Source of the DNA: an uncultured Candidatus Saccharibacteria bacterium
Lineage (GTDB): Bacteria > Patescibacteriota > Minisyncoccia > Portnoybacterales > UBA2143
NCBI GenBank assembly: GCA_964556655.1
Contig: CAZKWY010000001.1
Span: forward strand, 7,528 to 71,527
Length of the DNA: 64,000 bases
Direction: 5' to 3'
How positions within the stretch are numbered: position 1 is the first letter of the stretch; every line of letters starts with the position of its first letter. Both the position numbers and the translations under genes were made by a program. Below the pieces are notes generated by a model, which was given only the letters and a program-made list of their open reading frames with translations, was not told the origin of the DNA and did not search any database. Shown piece by piece: positions 17,348 through 26,046 of the stretch.

Positions 17348-18580
17348 ATGCCTAATTTTATCTATACCGCCAAAGACCAAACAGGAAGGGATATCGAAGG
17401 CCACAGCGAAGCCTCCAATATTCATGAATTGGCCAATATCCTCAGAAGAAAAAATCTTTCTCTTATCTCGGCTGATATAGCCGGAGAAGAAAGTGGCGGA
17501 TTACTGAAAAAAATCAAAATAATCTTTACCAAAACAGGCTTTGGCAAAGTTTCTTTGGTAGATAAAATGGTTTTTACTAGGCATCTTTCCGTTATGATTG
17601 AAGCTGGCCTATCTCTCAATCAATCCCTTCAAGCTCTTTCTAAACAAACTAAAAACCCGAAATTTAAAAGAATATTAAAAGACGTTGAGCAGAAAATTAA
17701 AAAGGGAGTTTCATTTAGCAACGCTTTAGGCCGGTATCCAAAAACGTTTCCTGATCTTTATGTTAATATGGTGCGGGTAGGAGAGTCTAGCGGCAATCTA
17801 GAAGAGGTGCTTAAAAAACTAGCCGAACAGATGAAGAAAAACCACGAACTGGTTAGCCGCGTCCGAGGAGCTATGATTTATCCATCTGTTATTGTGGCTA
17901 CTATGATTGGAATAGGTGTTTTTATGATGATTATGGTAGTGCCAAAACTAAGCCAAGTCTTTGCGGAACTAAAAATAGAGCTGCCTTTAAGCACGAGGGC
18001 CATTATTGCTATCAGTGAATTTCTTAAAAATAATTATCTGCTATCTCTTATCGGCTTAGCCTGCTTGGCAATCCTTTTAAAGATAGCTTTAGGCAATAGC
18101 GCCGTCAAAAAGGTTCTACAAAAAGCCTATCTCCGCATGCCTGTTTTCGGCCCTCTAATCAAAAAAGTAAACTCCGCCCGTTTTGCCCATACTTTTAGCT
18201 CTCTCATTGAAAGCGGAGTACCTATTGTTGAATCCCTTAAAATTACCGGCGGGACCCTAGGCAACATCAACTTCAAAAATTCGCTTTTAAAATCAGCCGA
18301 AAAAGTACAGGAAGGAAAACCGCTAAGCAAGGCGCTGGCCCGGCACACTCGGCTCTATCCTCCTATGATTATCCAAATGATAAGCGTAGGAGAAGAGACC
18401 GGCCGTCTTTCTGACACCCTTAAAACGCTGGCTGACTTCTATCAAGAAGAAATCGACAATACTACTAAAAATCTTTCTTCCGTTATTGAGCCAATTATTA
18501 TGGTTGTTATAGGCGCTGCGGTGGCCTTTTTTGCTATTTCTATGATCCAGCCAATGTATTCAATGATGGGAGAAATGTAA
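17348..18580 (+). CDS. pilC: Type IV pilus platform protein PilC/GspF
   Basis: Two T2SSF repeats (GESSGNL, GEETGRL), IEP..PMY. Confidence 0.93.
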   Translation: MPNFIYTAKDQTGRDIEGHSEASNIHELANILRRKNLSLISADIAGEESGGLLKKIKIIFTKTGFGKVSLVDKMVFTRHLSVMIEAGLSLNQSLQALSKQTKNPKFKRILKDVEQKIKKGVSFSNALGRYPKTFPDLYVNMVRVGESSGNLEEVLKKLAEQMKKNHELVSRVRGAMIYPSVIVATMIGIGVFMMIMVVPKLSQVFAELKIELPLSTRAIIAISEFLKNNYLLSLIGLACLAILLKIALGNSAVKKVLQKAYLRMPVFGPLIKKVNSARFAHTFSSLIESGVPIVESLKITGGTLGNINFKNSLLKSAEKVQEGKPLSKALARHTRLYPPMIIQMISVGEETGRLSDTLKTLADFYQEEIDNTTKNLSSVIEPIIMVVIGAAVAFFAISMIQPMYSMMGEM

Positions 18581-18581
18581 A

Positions 18582-19439
18582 ATGATAATTAAAAAAGACC
18601 AAGGTTTTACTGCTATTGAAATTCTGATCGTTATTTCTATCCTGATTATTCTGCTGGCTATCACTATAGGAAGCTACTTATTTTTTGAGAGAAGAAGCGA
18701 GCTTGATGATGCTACCCACCGTATTCTTGAAATTATCCGCTCGGCCCAAAATAAAACTCTTGCTTCAAAAGATGACACCCAATACGGAGTCTATTTTCAA
18801 AATGACCGCATAACCATTTTTAAAGGAGATTCTTATTCGGCTACTTCTACCGACAATGAAATATTTACCCTTCCAGACCGCTTAGAAATATACGATACCA
18901 GCCTGCGGGGCGGCGGCAATGAGCTAGTTTTTGAAAAGTTAAGCGGCCGCACCGAACAATATGGCAGCACAACTATTAGGATGATTGATCAGCCCTCTCA
19001 AGCAACCACTATTTTTATTGCTTCTTCCGGCCAGCTTAATACCAGCCAGCCTAGCGCTTGTTGCCAGAGCAATAGAATCACTGACACTAGACATCTTCAT
19101 TTTGATCTTGGCTGGAGCATCCAAAATTCTGCTACTACAACGCTTATTTTTTCCGACTCTCCGACAATAACTGAAACCATTAATATGGCTGACTATTTCG
19201 ATCCGACCAAGACAGAGTTTGACTGGAAGAAAACAATAGATGTCAATGGAGAAAATCAAACTTTGCGCATCCATACGCATTCTTTAGACGCTTTTAACAC
19301 TATTTTATGCGTCCATCGAGACCGCATGAGAAACGATAAACCTGTTCAAATAGAAATTGACGGCAAAAGCATTGTTTCTTATGACGCCGATGGAGCTATT
19401 TCTGTAGAAGCCTATGGCGGAACAGTGGAAAAACAATAA
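18582..19439 (+). CDS. Type IV pilin-like protein
   Basis: Prepilin motif QG/FTAIEILIV. Confidence 0.85.
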   Translation: MIIKKDQGFTAIEILIVISILIILLAITIGSYLFFERRSELDDATHRILEIIRSAQNKTLASKDDTQYGVYFQNDRITIFKGDSYSATSTDNEIFTLPDRLEIYDTSLRGGGNELVFEKLSGRTEQYGSTTIRMIDQPSQATTIFIASSGQLNTSQPSACCQSNRITDTRHLHFDLGWSIQNSATTTLIFSDSPTITETINMADYFDPTKTEFDWKKTIDVNGENQTLRIHTHSLDAFNTILCVHRDRMRNDKPVQIEIDGKSIVSYDADGAISVEAYGGTVEKQ

Positions 19440-19902
19440 ACAAAAAGGCATTGGCATGATAGAGGTAATGATTTCTCTAGCGATTATAGTCATCGTCTTT
19501 TTCTCTTTTATCCTGCTTATCAAAATTAATCTGCAAATCCAAAGAGAAAATCAAAACAGCCTGAAGGCCCTTAACCTTGCCACAGAGACAATGGAGGCAG
19601 TTAGAAGCTTTAAAGAAAATGACTGGAGCGCTTTTTCTTCACTGAGCACAGCTAGTCCCTATTATCCAGTTATCTCTGGAAACGAATGGACGCTTTCCGA
19701 GTCTGATCCGGGCGAAATTGACAGCTTCAGCCGATGGATTGAAATAGAAGAAGTTTACCGCGATGCTAACGACAATATCGCTGAAACAGGCAATCTTGAC
19801 AATAAAAGTCGCGAAATTAAAGCTTTTGTCCAATGGGAGGAACGGTCCAGAATAAAACAAATTACTCTTTCAAGCATTTTAACTAATTGGAAAAACCAAT
19901 AA
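19414..19902 (+). CDS. Minor pilin (PilV-like)
   Basis: KG/IGMIEVMISL. Confidence 0.8.
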   Translation: MAEQWKNNKQKGIGMIEVMISLAIIVIVFFSFILLIKINLQIQRENQNSLKALNLATETMEAVRSFKENDWSAFSSLSTASPYYPVISGNEWTLSESDPGEIDSFSRWIEIEEVYRDANDNIAETGNLDNKSREIKAFVQWEERSRIKQITLSSILTNWKNQ

Positions 19903-19906
19903 GCTT

Positions 19907-20440
19907 ATGCGCTTGCCCATCAAACAACAATCCGGCTTTACCCTGATTGAATTAGTTGTCTACGCGGCTGTTTTTATTCTTGTTATTATTCTGCTGACTT
20001 CCTTTGTTTTTGATTTGATTAAGGCGCAAAACAGGACTAGAATTAGCAAAGAACTGACTGAAAACAATAAAAGAGCGCTGGAAGCGATTGTTTACGAAAT
20101 AAAACACGCCCAAGAAATATATCTGCCTACCAGCAATTTGAGCGCAGACAAAGGACAATTAAGCCTAAAAACATCCCAAAACGCTCCTTCCGGGGAAGAA
20201 AATTCCTATATTGATATTTATTTAGACGACAACGACTGCTTATGTGTCAAAAGAGAAAGCAGCCAACCGGAAAGAATGATGTCTGAAGACATTAAAACAT
20301 CTCGTCTTTTTTTTAGCAGCTTAGGCACCAGCACTAGCCAAACCATTAGAATAAAACTAACCTCTTTTTACGATCATCCGCAGGCTAAATACCGCGCCAG
20401 CTCAACAATTATCACTTCAGCAGGATTAAGAAATGATTAA
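19907..20440 (+). CDS. Minor pilin (PilW-like)
   Basis: SG/FTLIELVVY. Confidence 0.82.
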   Translation: MRLPIKQQSGFTLIELVVYAAVFILVIILLTSFVFDLIKAQNRTRISKELTENNKRALEAIVYEIKHAQEIYLPTSNLSADKGQLSLKTSQNAPSGEENSYIDIYLDDNDCLCVKRESSQPERMMSEDIKTSRLFFSSLGTSTSQTIRIKLTSFYDHPQAKYRASSTIITSAGLRND

Positions 20441-21698
20441 ACACCAACAAAAAGGAGCCGCCCTTATTATAGGCATCATTATTATTATGTCTATTACTTT
20501 AATTATTGGCCTAAACCTAAGTTTTTTGGCTTTTAGCGCTATGGCTAATATGAAGAACAAAATTTATTCCGCCCAAAGCCTTTACGCCTCAGAAGCCGGC
20601 CTAGAAGACGCTCTCCTAAAATTATCTGACAGCTCTCTTTCTCTAACCAGCCCCTACAGCTTCTCCCTAGACAACCAAGCAGTGGAAGTTAATGTTTCAG
20701 AGTTAGTTGGCGGAGCAAGAACTATCACCTCTCTGGGAAACGCTGAAGAAAGAATCAAAAAATTAGCCGTCACTTATATGATTAAATCGGACGATGTCTC
20801 TTTTCACTACGGTGTTCAGATAGGAAAAGGAGGTATGATTATGGGCAACAACAGTCTAGTGGAAGGCAATGTTTTCTCCAACGGCAGCATTGTTCCGGCC
20901 GGAGGAGGCAACGGAGAGATTGACGGCACAGCTATTGTCGCCATTGACAACAACGTTCTTGATAGTATTGATGTGACCAACGGAGACGCTTACACCTACT
21001 CCTGCAAGGACTCCAATATTTCAGATACTCTTTATTATGTTTCCGGCGGTACTGTTGATAATTGCTCTTACGGCAGTTTGGTTATGCTAAATGAAGAGAT
21101 AGCCAGCGAGCCCCTGCCTATTTCCAATAACGATATTCAAGAATGGAAAACCGAAGCCGAAGCAGGCGGGACTATTACCGGAGACCATACTTACGATTCT
21201 CAAAACGCCTCTTTGGGGCCGGTAAAGATCACAGGCAACTTAACAATCACTAATAATTCTATCGTAAATATTACTGGCACCATCTATGTGCAAAAAGACC
21301 TAATTATTGACAACAACGCCATTGCAAAACTTGATTCAGAATATGGCTCTTTAAGCGGCATGGTTATCGCTGACGGGAAAATCTCTTTTAGAAACAACGG
21401 CATTGCTGCCGGATCAGGAGAAGAAGGAAGTTTTATTATGCTTCTTTCTACCAATGCTTCTCTTAACGCAAACAGCCCGGCCATAGATGTTACCAACAAC
21501 ACCGAAGGAGCTATTTTTTACACAAACACTGGTTTGATCCATCTGCATAATAATATTAATATTAAAGAAGCTACGGGCTACCAAGTTCAGCTAGACAACA
21601 ATGCTGAGGTTAATTACGAAACTGGCCTAGAAAACATCAGCTTTACTAGCGGGCCAGGAGGAAGCTGGGAAGCAGTTAATTGGCGAGAAATAAAATAA
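20433..21698 (+). CDS. PilX-like minor pilin with C-terminal beta-rich domain
   Basis: KG/AALII lacking E5, ASEAGLEDA, ends WREIK. Confidence 0.78.
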   Translation: MIKHQQKGAALIIGIIIIMSITLIIGLNLSFLAFSAMANMKNKIYSAQSLYASEAGLEDALLKLSDSSLSLTSPYSFSLDNQAVEVNVSELVGGARTITSLGNAEERIKKLAVTYMIKSDDVSFHYGVQIGKGGMIMGNNSLVEGNVFSNGSIVPAGGGNGEIDGTAIVAIDNNVLDSIDVTNGDAYTYSCKDSNISDTLYYVSGGTVDNCSYGSLVMLNEEIASEPLPISNNDIQEWKTEAEAGGTITGDHTYDSQNASLGPVKITGNLTITNNSIVNITGTIYVQKDLIIDNNAIAKLDSEYGSLSGMVIADGKISFRNNGIAAGSGEEGSFIMLLSTNASLNANSPAIDVTNNTEGAIFYTNTGLIHLHNNINIKEATGYQVQLDNNAEVNYETGLENISFTSGPGGSWEAVNWREIK

Positions 21699-23579
21699 AT
21701 GAACGTTTTATCTTCTCTCAACAGTAAACAAAAACAAGCAGTCACGGCTCTCAAAGGGCCTGTTTTGGTTATTGCCGGACCCGGAAGCGGGAAAACCAGA
21801 TGTCTAACCCATCGCATTGCCTATCTCGTTACTAAAAAGAAAATCCCCGCTTTTAATATTTTGGCCGTCACCTTTACTAACAAAGCAGCCCAGGAAATGA
21901 AGGAAAGATTAGCTAAAATTCTTCCACCTTCTTTTCAGAGAATGCCTGATATCGGAACTTTTCACGCTATTTGCCTGCGGATTCTTAGGCAGGATATTGA
22001 CAAACTCCCCCAAACCTCTTTAGGCAGAAATTTTGTCATTTACGACGAAGCTGACCGATTATCCTTAATCAAAAAAATTATTAACGACTTAGCTGTTAAC
22101 ACCGACCAATTCAAGCCTTCTACTCTGCAAAACACTATTTCTAGAGCAAAAGACGAATTAATTGACCCCGGATCATACCAGGAACAAGCTAAAGAATATT
22201 TTCCTAAAACAGTCGCCCAAGTTTATCAAGCCTATCAAGAGGCTCTAGCTCAAGCCAATGCCCTTGATTTTGACGATCTTATTATGCTAACCGTTAAGCT
22301 TTTCCAAACACGGCCCGATGTCTTAAAAAAATATCAAAACAGATGGCGCTATTTTTTGGTAGATGAAGCCCACGATACCAATTTAAGCCAATACAAACTG
22401 ACCAACCTTTTGGCGCGAAAGCGCCAAAACTTGTGGCTGATTGCTGATCCAGACCAGTCTATCTATATGTGGCGAGGCGCCGACTTTAGAAATATTCTTA
22501 ATTTTGAAAAAGATTATCCTAAGGCTCGCGTTATCCTTTTAGAAGAGAACTACCGCTCTACTAAAAATATCTTGGAGGCTGGCCATTGCGTTATTAATAA
22601 AAACACCCAACGCCGAGAAAAAAATCTTTGGACAAAAAATGGACAAGGCGCGCCCATTAATTTAATTCTAGCGTCAAACGAAAGAGCGGAAGGCGATTTT
22701 ATTGTCAACGAAATTGAGGGATTAATTAACGAAAAAGGATATACTCTAAAAGACTTTACCGTTCTTTACCGCACCAATGCCCAATCCAGAGCCATTGAAG
22801 AAGCCTTCCTGCAAGCCGGCTTCCCCTATAGAATTATTGGCACAGTCAAATTCTACGAAAGAAAAGAAATTAAAGATATTTTATGCTACCTCCGACTAAC
22901 AGCCAACCCTCAAGACCTCGTCAGTCTGCAAAGAGTAGTCAATCTCCCCCCGCGCCGCCTTGCTAGATACAGCAAAGATCCGTCTTTGGTCTTAAGAAAA
23001 AACGACAAAGCCCTAGAGAGTTTCAATCAGATAATGAACTCTTTTAGAATTTTCAGCCGGCAAAATTCCTTAACTGCTCTTATTAAAAAAATAATTGAAG
23101 AAATCGGCTATGAGAAATACATTAAATCCTTTGCCTCTGACGCAGAAGAAGGGGAGAGAAGATGGGAGAATGTAGAAGAAATTTTTACCGTGGCTAGCCG
23201 CTATGACAAAGAAGATCCAGGCACAGGATTAGAAAAATTCCTTGAAGAAATCAGTCTTTTGACAGGCCAAGACGAGATTGAAACCAACAGCGAAGTTATT
23301 AACTTAATGACTCTTCACTGCGCTAAAGGATTAGAATTTCCTGTTGTCTTTATCGCCGGATGCGAGGAAAGCATCCTGCCTCATTCCAGAAGCCAGCTTC
23401 ACCGGGACCAGATGGAAGAAGAAAGACGCCTATGCTATGTCGGCATTACCCGGGCTAAAGAAATTAGCTATCTTACTTTCACTAATCAACGCCGCCTGTG
23501 GGGACAAACAATGGCTAATTATCCTTCCCGCTTCCTTTCCGACTTGCCCGAACACCTCATCGCCTTCCGCCAATTCTAG
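21699..23579 (+). CDS. uvrD: UvrD/PcrA superfamily 1 DNA helicase
   Basis: AGPGSGKT, TFTNKAA, LEENYRS, HCAKGLEF, EERRLCYVGITRA. Confidence 0.95.
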   Translation: MNVLSSLNSKQKQAVTALKGPVLVIAGPGSGKTRCLTHRIAYLVTKKKIPAFNILAVTFTNKAAQEMKERLAKILPPSFQRMPDIGTFHAICLRILRQDIDKLPQTSLGRNFVIYDEADRLSLIKKIINDLAVNTDQFKPSTLQNTISRAKDELIDPGSYQEQAKEYFPKTVAQVYQAYQEALAQANALDFDDLIMLTVKLFQTRPDVLKKYQNRWRYFLVDEAHDTNLSQYKLTNLLARKRQNLWLIADPDQSIYMWRGADFRNILNFEKDYPKARVILLEENYRSTKNILEAGHCVINKNTQRREKNLWTKNGQGAPINLILASNERAEGDFIVNEIEGLINEKGYTLKDFTVLYRTNAQSRAIEEAFLQAGFPYRIIGTVKFYERKEIKDILCYLRLTANPQDLVSLQRVVNLPPRRLARYSKDPSLVLRKNDKALESFNQIMNSFRIFSRQNSLTALIKKIIEEIGYEKYIKSFASDAEEGERRWENVEEIFTVASRYDKEDPGTGLEKFLEEISLLTGQDEIETNSEVINLMTLHCAKGLEFPVVFIAGCEESILPHSRSQLHRDQMEEERRLCYVGITRAKEISYLTFTNQRRLWGQTMANYPSRFLSDLPEHLIAFRQF

Positions 23580-23646
23580 GACTGTAATTCTAGGACAGTC
23601 CTTTTTTGACAGTCCTTCAAGGACTGTAATTCTAGGACAGTCCTTG
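23578..23646. repeat. Palindromic repeat copy 3 (69 bp) between uvrD and rsmA
   Basis: AGGACTGTAATTCTAGGACAGTCCTTTTTTGACAGTCCTTCAAGGACTGTAATTCTAGGACAGTCCTTG; overlaps the uvrD TAG. Confidence 0.95.
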
Positions 23647-23649
23647 GCT

Positions 23650-24519
23650 ATGAACCTTACTTCGCCCAAAATATTAAGGGAAACATTTAAAAAACACGAC
23701 TTTAAACCCCAAAAAAGACTGGGGCAAAATTTTTTAATTGACCAAAATATTGTTAATAAAATTGTCAAAATAGCTCAAATAAGTAAGAAAGACACTATTT
23801 TAGAAATCGGTCCCGGCACAGGCGCTATTACTAAAGCACTAGCGCAAAAGAGCAAAAAAGTAATTGCCGTAGAAAAAGACCCTCAACTATCAAAGATCCT
23901 AAAAGAAAACCTTTCTTCTTTTAAAAACACATCCATTATTACCTCCGACATCCGCAGGACTGTAATTCTAGGACAGTCCTTTTTTGACAGTCCTTCAAGG
24001 ACTGTAATTCTAGGACAGTCCTTGAAGGACTGTCCTTGGAAGGTGGTGGCTAATTTGCCTTATTATCTTAGCCAGCATGTTATTAGAAAGCTTTTAGAAT
24101 TAGAAAATCAGCCGGAAAAAATAGTTCTTCTAGTTCAAAAAGAACTTGCCCAAAGGATTTGCGCCAAGCCCCCGCGAATGAACATTCTAGCTGTTTCAGT
24201 CCAGTTTTACAGCCAGCCCGAAATTAAAGGATATGTTTCCAAAACTTGTTTTTGGCCTCAGCCAAAAGTAGATTCTGCCATTATTGAAATAAATCCCCTT
24301 GAAAAAACACAAGAGATATCCTCGGAGAGATTTTTTAAAACAGTTAAGGCCGGATTTTTTGCCCCCCGCAAACAGCTAGCCAATAATTTAACCAGTCAAC
24401 TAAAAAAAGGAAGGGAAGGAATAATAAAAGCGATCAAAAAGACGGGGATAGAAGAAAAGGCCAGAGCAGAAAACTTAACCATTAAAGAATGGATTAATTT
24501 AAGCCGTTTATTAACATAA
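23650..24519 (+). CDS. rsmA: 16S rRNA m6,2A dimethyltransferase KsgA/RsmA with in-frame repeat insertion
   Basis: LGQNFL, LEIGPGTG, VVANLPY, FWPQPKVDSA, RAENL. Confidence 0.95.
   Translation: MNLTSPKILRETFKKHDFKPQKRLGQNFLIDQNIVNKIVKIAQISKKDTILEIGPGTGAITKALAQKSKKVIAVEKDPQLSKILKENLSSFKNTSIITSDIRRTVILGQSFFDSPSRTVILGQSLKDCPWKVVANLPYYLSQHVIRKLLELENQPEKIVLLVQKELAQRICAKPPRMNILAVSVQFYSQPEIKGYVSKTCFWPQPKVDSAIIEINPLEKTQEISSERFFKTVKAGFFAPRKQLANNLTSQLKKGREGIIKAIKKTGIEEKARAENLTIKEWINLSRLLT
23956..24039. repeat. Palindromic repeat copy 4 (84 bp), inside rsmA, in frame
   Basis: 69 bp identical to copy 3 plus AAGGACTGTCCTTGG; encodes [28 protein letters not shown]. Confidence 0.95.
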
Positions 24520-24544
24520 AAAAACCGACCGCTAGGCGGTCGGT
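24518..24544 (-). terminator. Intrinsic terminator
   Basis: ACCGACCGC-TAG-GCGGTCGGT with T-run on the minus strand. Confidence 0.8.
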
Positions 24545-24554
24545 GGGTGAAGGG

Positions 24555-25064
24555 TTATCTTAATTTTCGGTAGCTTCTGATGTGCCAGAAGCCTTCCTCC
24601 CCTCTTCTGACTCGGATACGCCTACTGGCTGTCCCGAGCAACTCAGAACCGCTATAGACTCTGACCATAATGAGTGTCTCCTCTCTTCTTCGCGCTCCCC
24701 ATCCCCTAGGAACATCTTTCACAAGTATCCCGCCGGGATTAAGGGAATGCCAAGCCGCGTCATCCTGGATGTAAACTAGAACTTTGCGGCTAAGGCCATT
24801 AAAAATTTTGAACCGCCAGTTGAAAAATCCAGGCGGCTCGGACGGATCTACGTAGGCTTTCTCCTCCCCGCTTTTGGAAAGATGATCCACGACCGACCCG
24901 ACTCCAGCGCCAGTTAACCCGCCTACGAGAGCGCCTCTTTCATCTCCCGTATGAAGGCCAATACCAGCGCCCAGAAGGGCGCCTGTCGCTGCCCACTGAT
25001 GAGTGCATCCAAAAGAAAGCGCCATGACTATTGCCATTGCCATTGTTGCCCTAATTCTTTTCAT
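24555..25064 (-). CDS. Putative glycine-zipper lipoprotein
   Basis: Signal peptide with LSFGC lipobox, GALLGAGIG..GALVGGLTGAGVG; SD AAAGGAGGAG. Confidence 0.75.
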   Translation of the reverse strand: MKRIRATMAMAIVMALSFGCTHQWAATGALLGAGIGLHTGDERGALVGGLTGAGVGSVVDHLSKSGEEKAYVDPSEPPGFFNWRFKIFNGLSRKVLVYIQDDAAWHSLNPGGILVKDVPRGWGARRREETLIMVRVYSGSELLGTASRRIRVRRGEEGFWHIRSYRKLR

Positions 25065-25101
25065 TTTCTCCTCCTTTGTAAAGAACTAAAATATTTTCTA
25101 A

Positions 25102-25131
25102 ATTATACCACTTAAAATTATATATTGTCAA
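25102..25131 (-). promoter_or_regulatory. Consensus sigma70 promoter TTGACA-N18-TATAAT
   Basis: Exact hexamers with extended -10 TG. Confidence 0.8.
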
Positions 25132-25239
25132 TAGAAGAAGAACGAAAGGAGAAAGCTAATTTCACCGAATTAAAAAGGCTATTAGTTGTGGATAGGATTT
25201 TGTTGTTTTTGGCTACACTGTGGTATAATAAGCTAACAA

Positions 25240-26046
25240 ATGATGAAAAAAAAGCAATCTTCTATTAAAAAGAAAATTTTCGGAGGCTTTTTTATCTTTT
25301 CAGCGGCAATGGTAGGATGGTTTTTAATCAAAGACGATCCCGCTAAAAATAGCCCTAAAAATAACGGACCAGAAAGATTCAGCGGAGAAAAGCAAAGCAT
25401 CCAAGATCTTCCCGGCGGAAAAGACTCTGACAATGATGGGCTTACCGACAGAGAAGAGAAGGCTTACGGCACGGATCCATATAATCCTGACTCCGACCAA
25501 GACGGATATTTAGACGGAGAAGAAATCGCCGCTGGATACGATCCGCTAGTTCCTTCTCCTGGGGATAAAATCACCAATTTGGAAAATTTCTTGGCTAAAA
25601 TTAATCCCAGCCTAGACATTCAGATGCCGGATGAAAAAGATCTTAATATTTCTCTAGAAACAGGGCCAGAAGCATTAGAAAAATATTTTCAAGAAGCGCA
25701 AACTCCGTCTGAATTAAAAAACCCTGATTTATATAAAGAAGCCTTTCTGGAAGCCAGGCTGGGCAAAAGCGAAAAGATTAACCAGATTATCGCTAATCTT
25801 AAACAAAGCCGCCAGCGCCTTCGACAGATAACCGTCCCCATAGAAGCGCTCCAAGTCCATAAGCTAACTTTAGCTTTAATGACTCCCTTAATCCAACTTT
25901 TTGAAGACCTTAAATCGGCCCAAGACAGCCCCCTTAAAACATTAGTCTCTATCAAGGGTTCTCAAGAATTAGTCCCTTATACCGTAGCCCTCCAAGCACA
26001 GACAAATAATTTGGCGAAAAAATACGACATTACTATTCCTCAATAA
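25240..26046 (+). CDS. Membrane-anchored protein with Ca-binding DxDxDG (thrombospondin type 3-like) repeats
   Basis: DSDNDGLTDREE..GTDP..DSDQDGYLDGEE. Confidence 0.75.
   Translation: MMKKKQSSIKKKIFGGFFIFSAAMVGWFLIKDDPAKNSPKNNGPERFSGEKQSIQDLPGGKDSDNDGLTDREEKAYGTDPYNPDSDQDGYLDGEEIAAGYDPLVPSPGDKITNLENFLAKINPSLDIQMPDEKDLNISLETGPEALEKYFQEAQTPSELKNPDLYKEAFLEARLGKSEKINQIIANLKQSRQRLRQITVPIEALQVHKLTLALMTPLIQLFEDLKSAQDSPLKTLVSIKGSQELVPYTVALQAQTNNLAKKYDITIPQ

Noticed and set aside
23344-23649. 102-aa N-terminal extension of RsmA in the ORF track
   Set aside because: Overlaps uvrD in another frame and runs through the repeat; homology begins at ATG 23650
25186-25194. Isolated DnaA-box-like TGTGGATA
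   Set aside because: Single site far from dnaA with no unwinding region; not supportable as an origin
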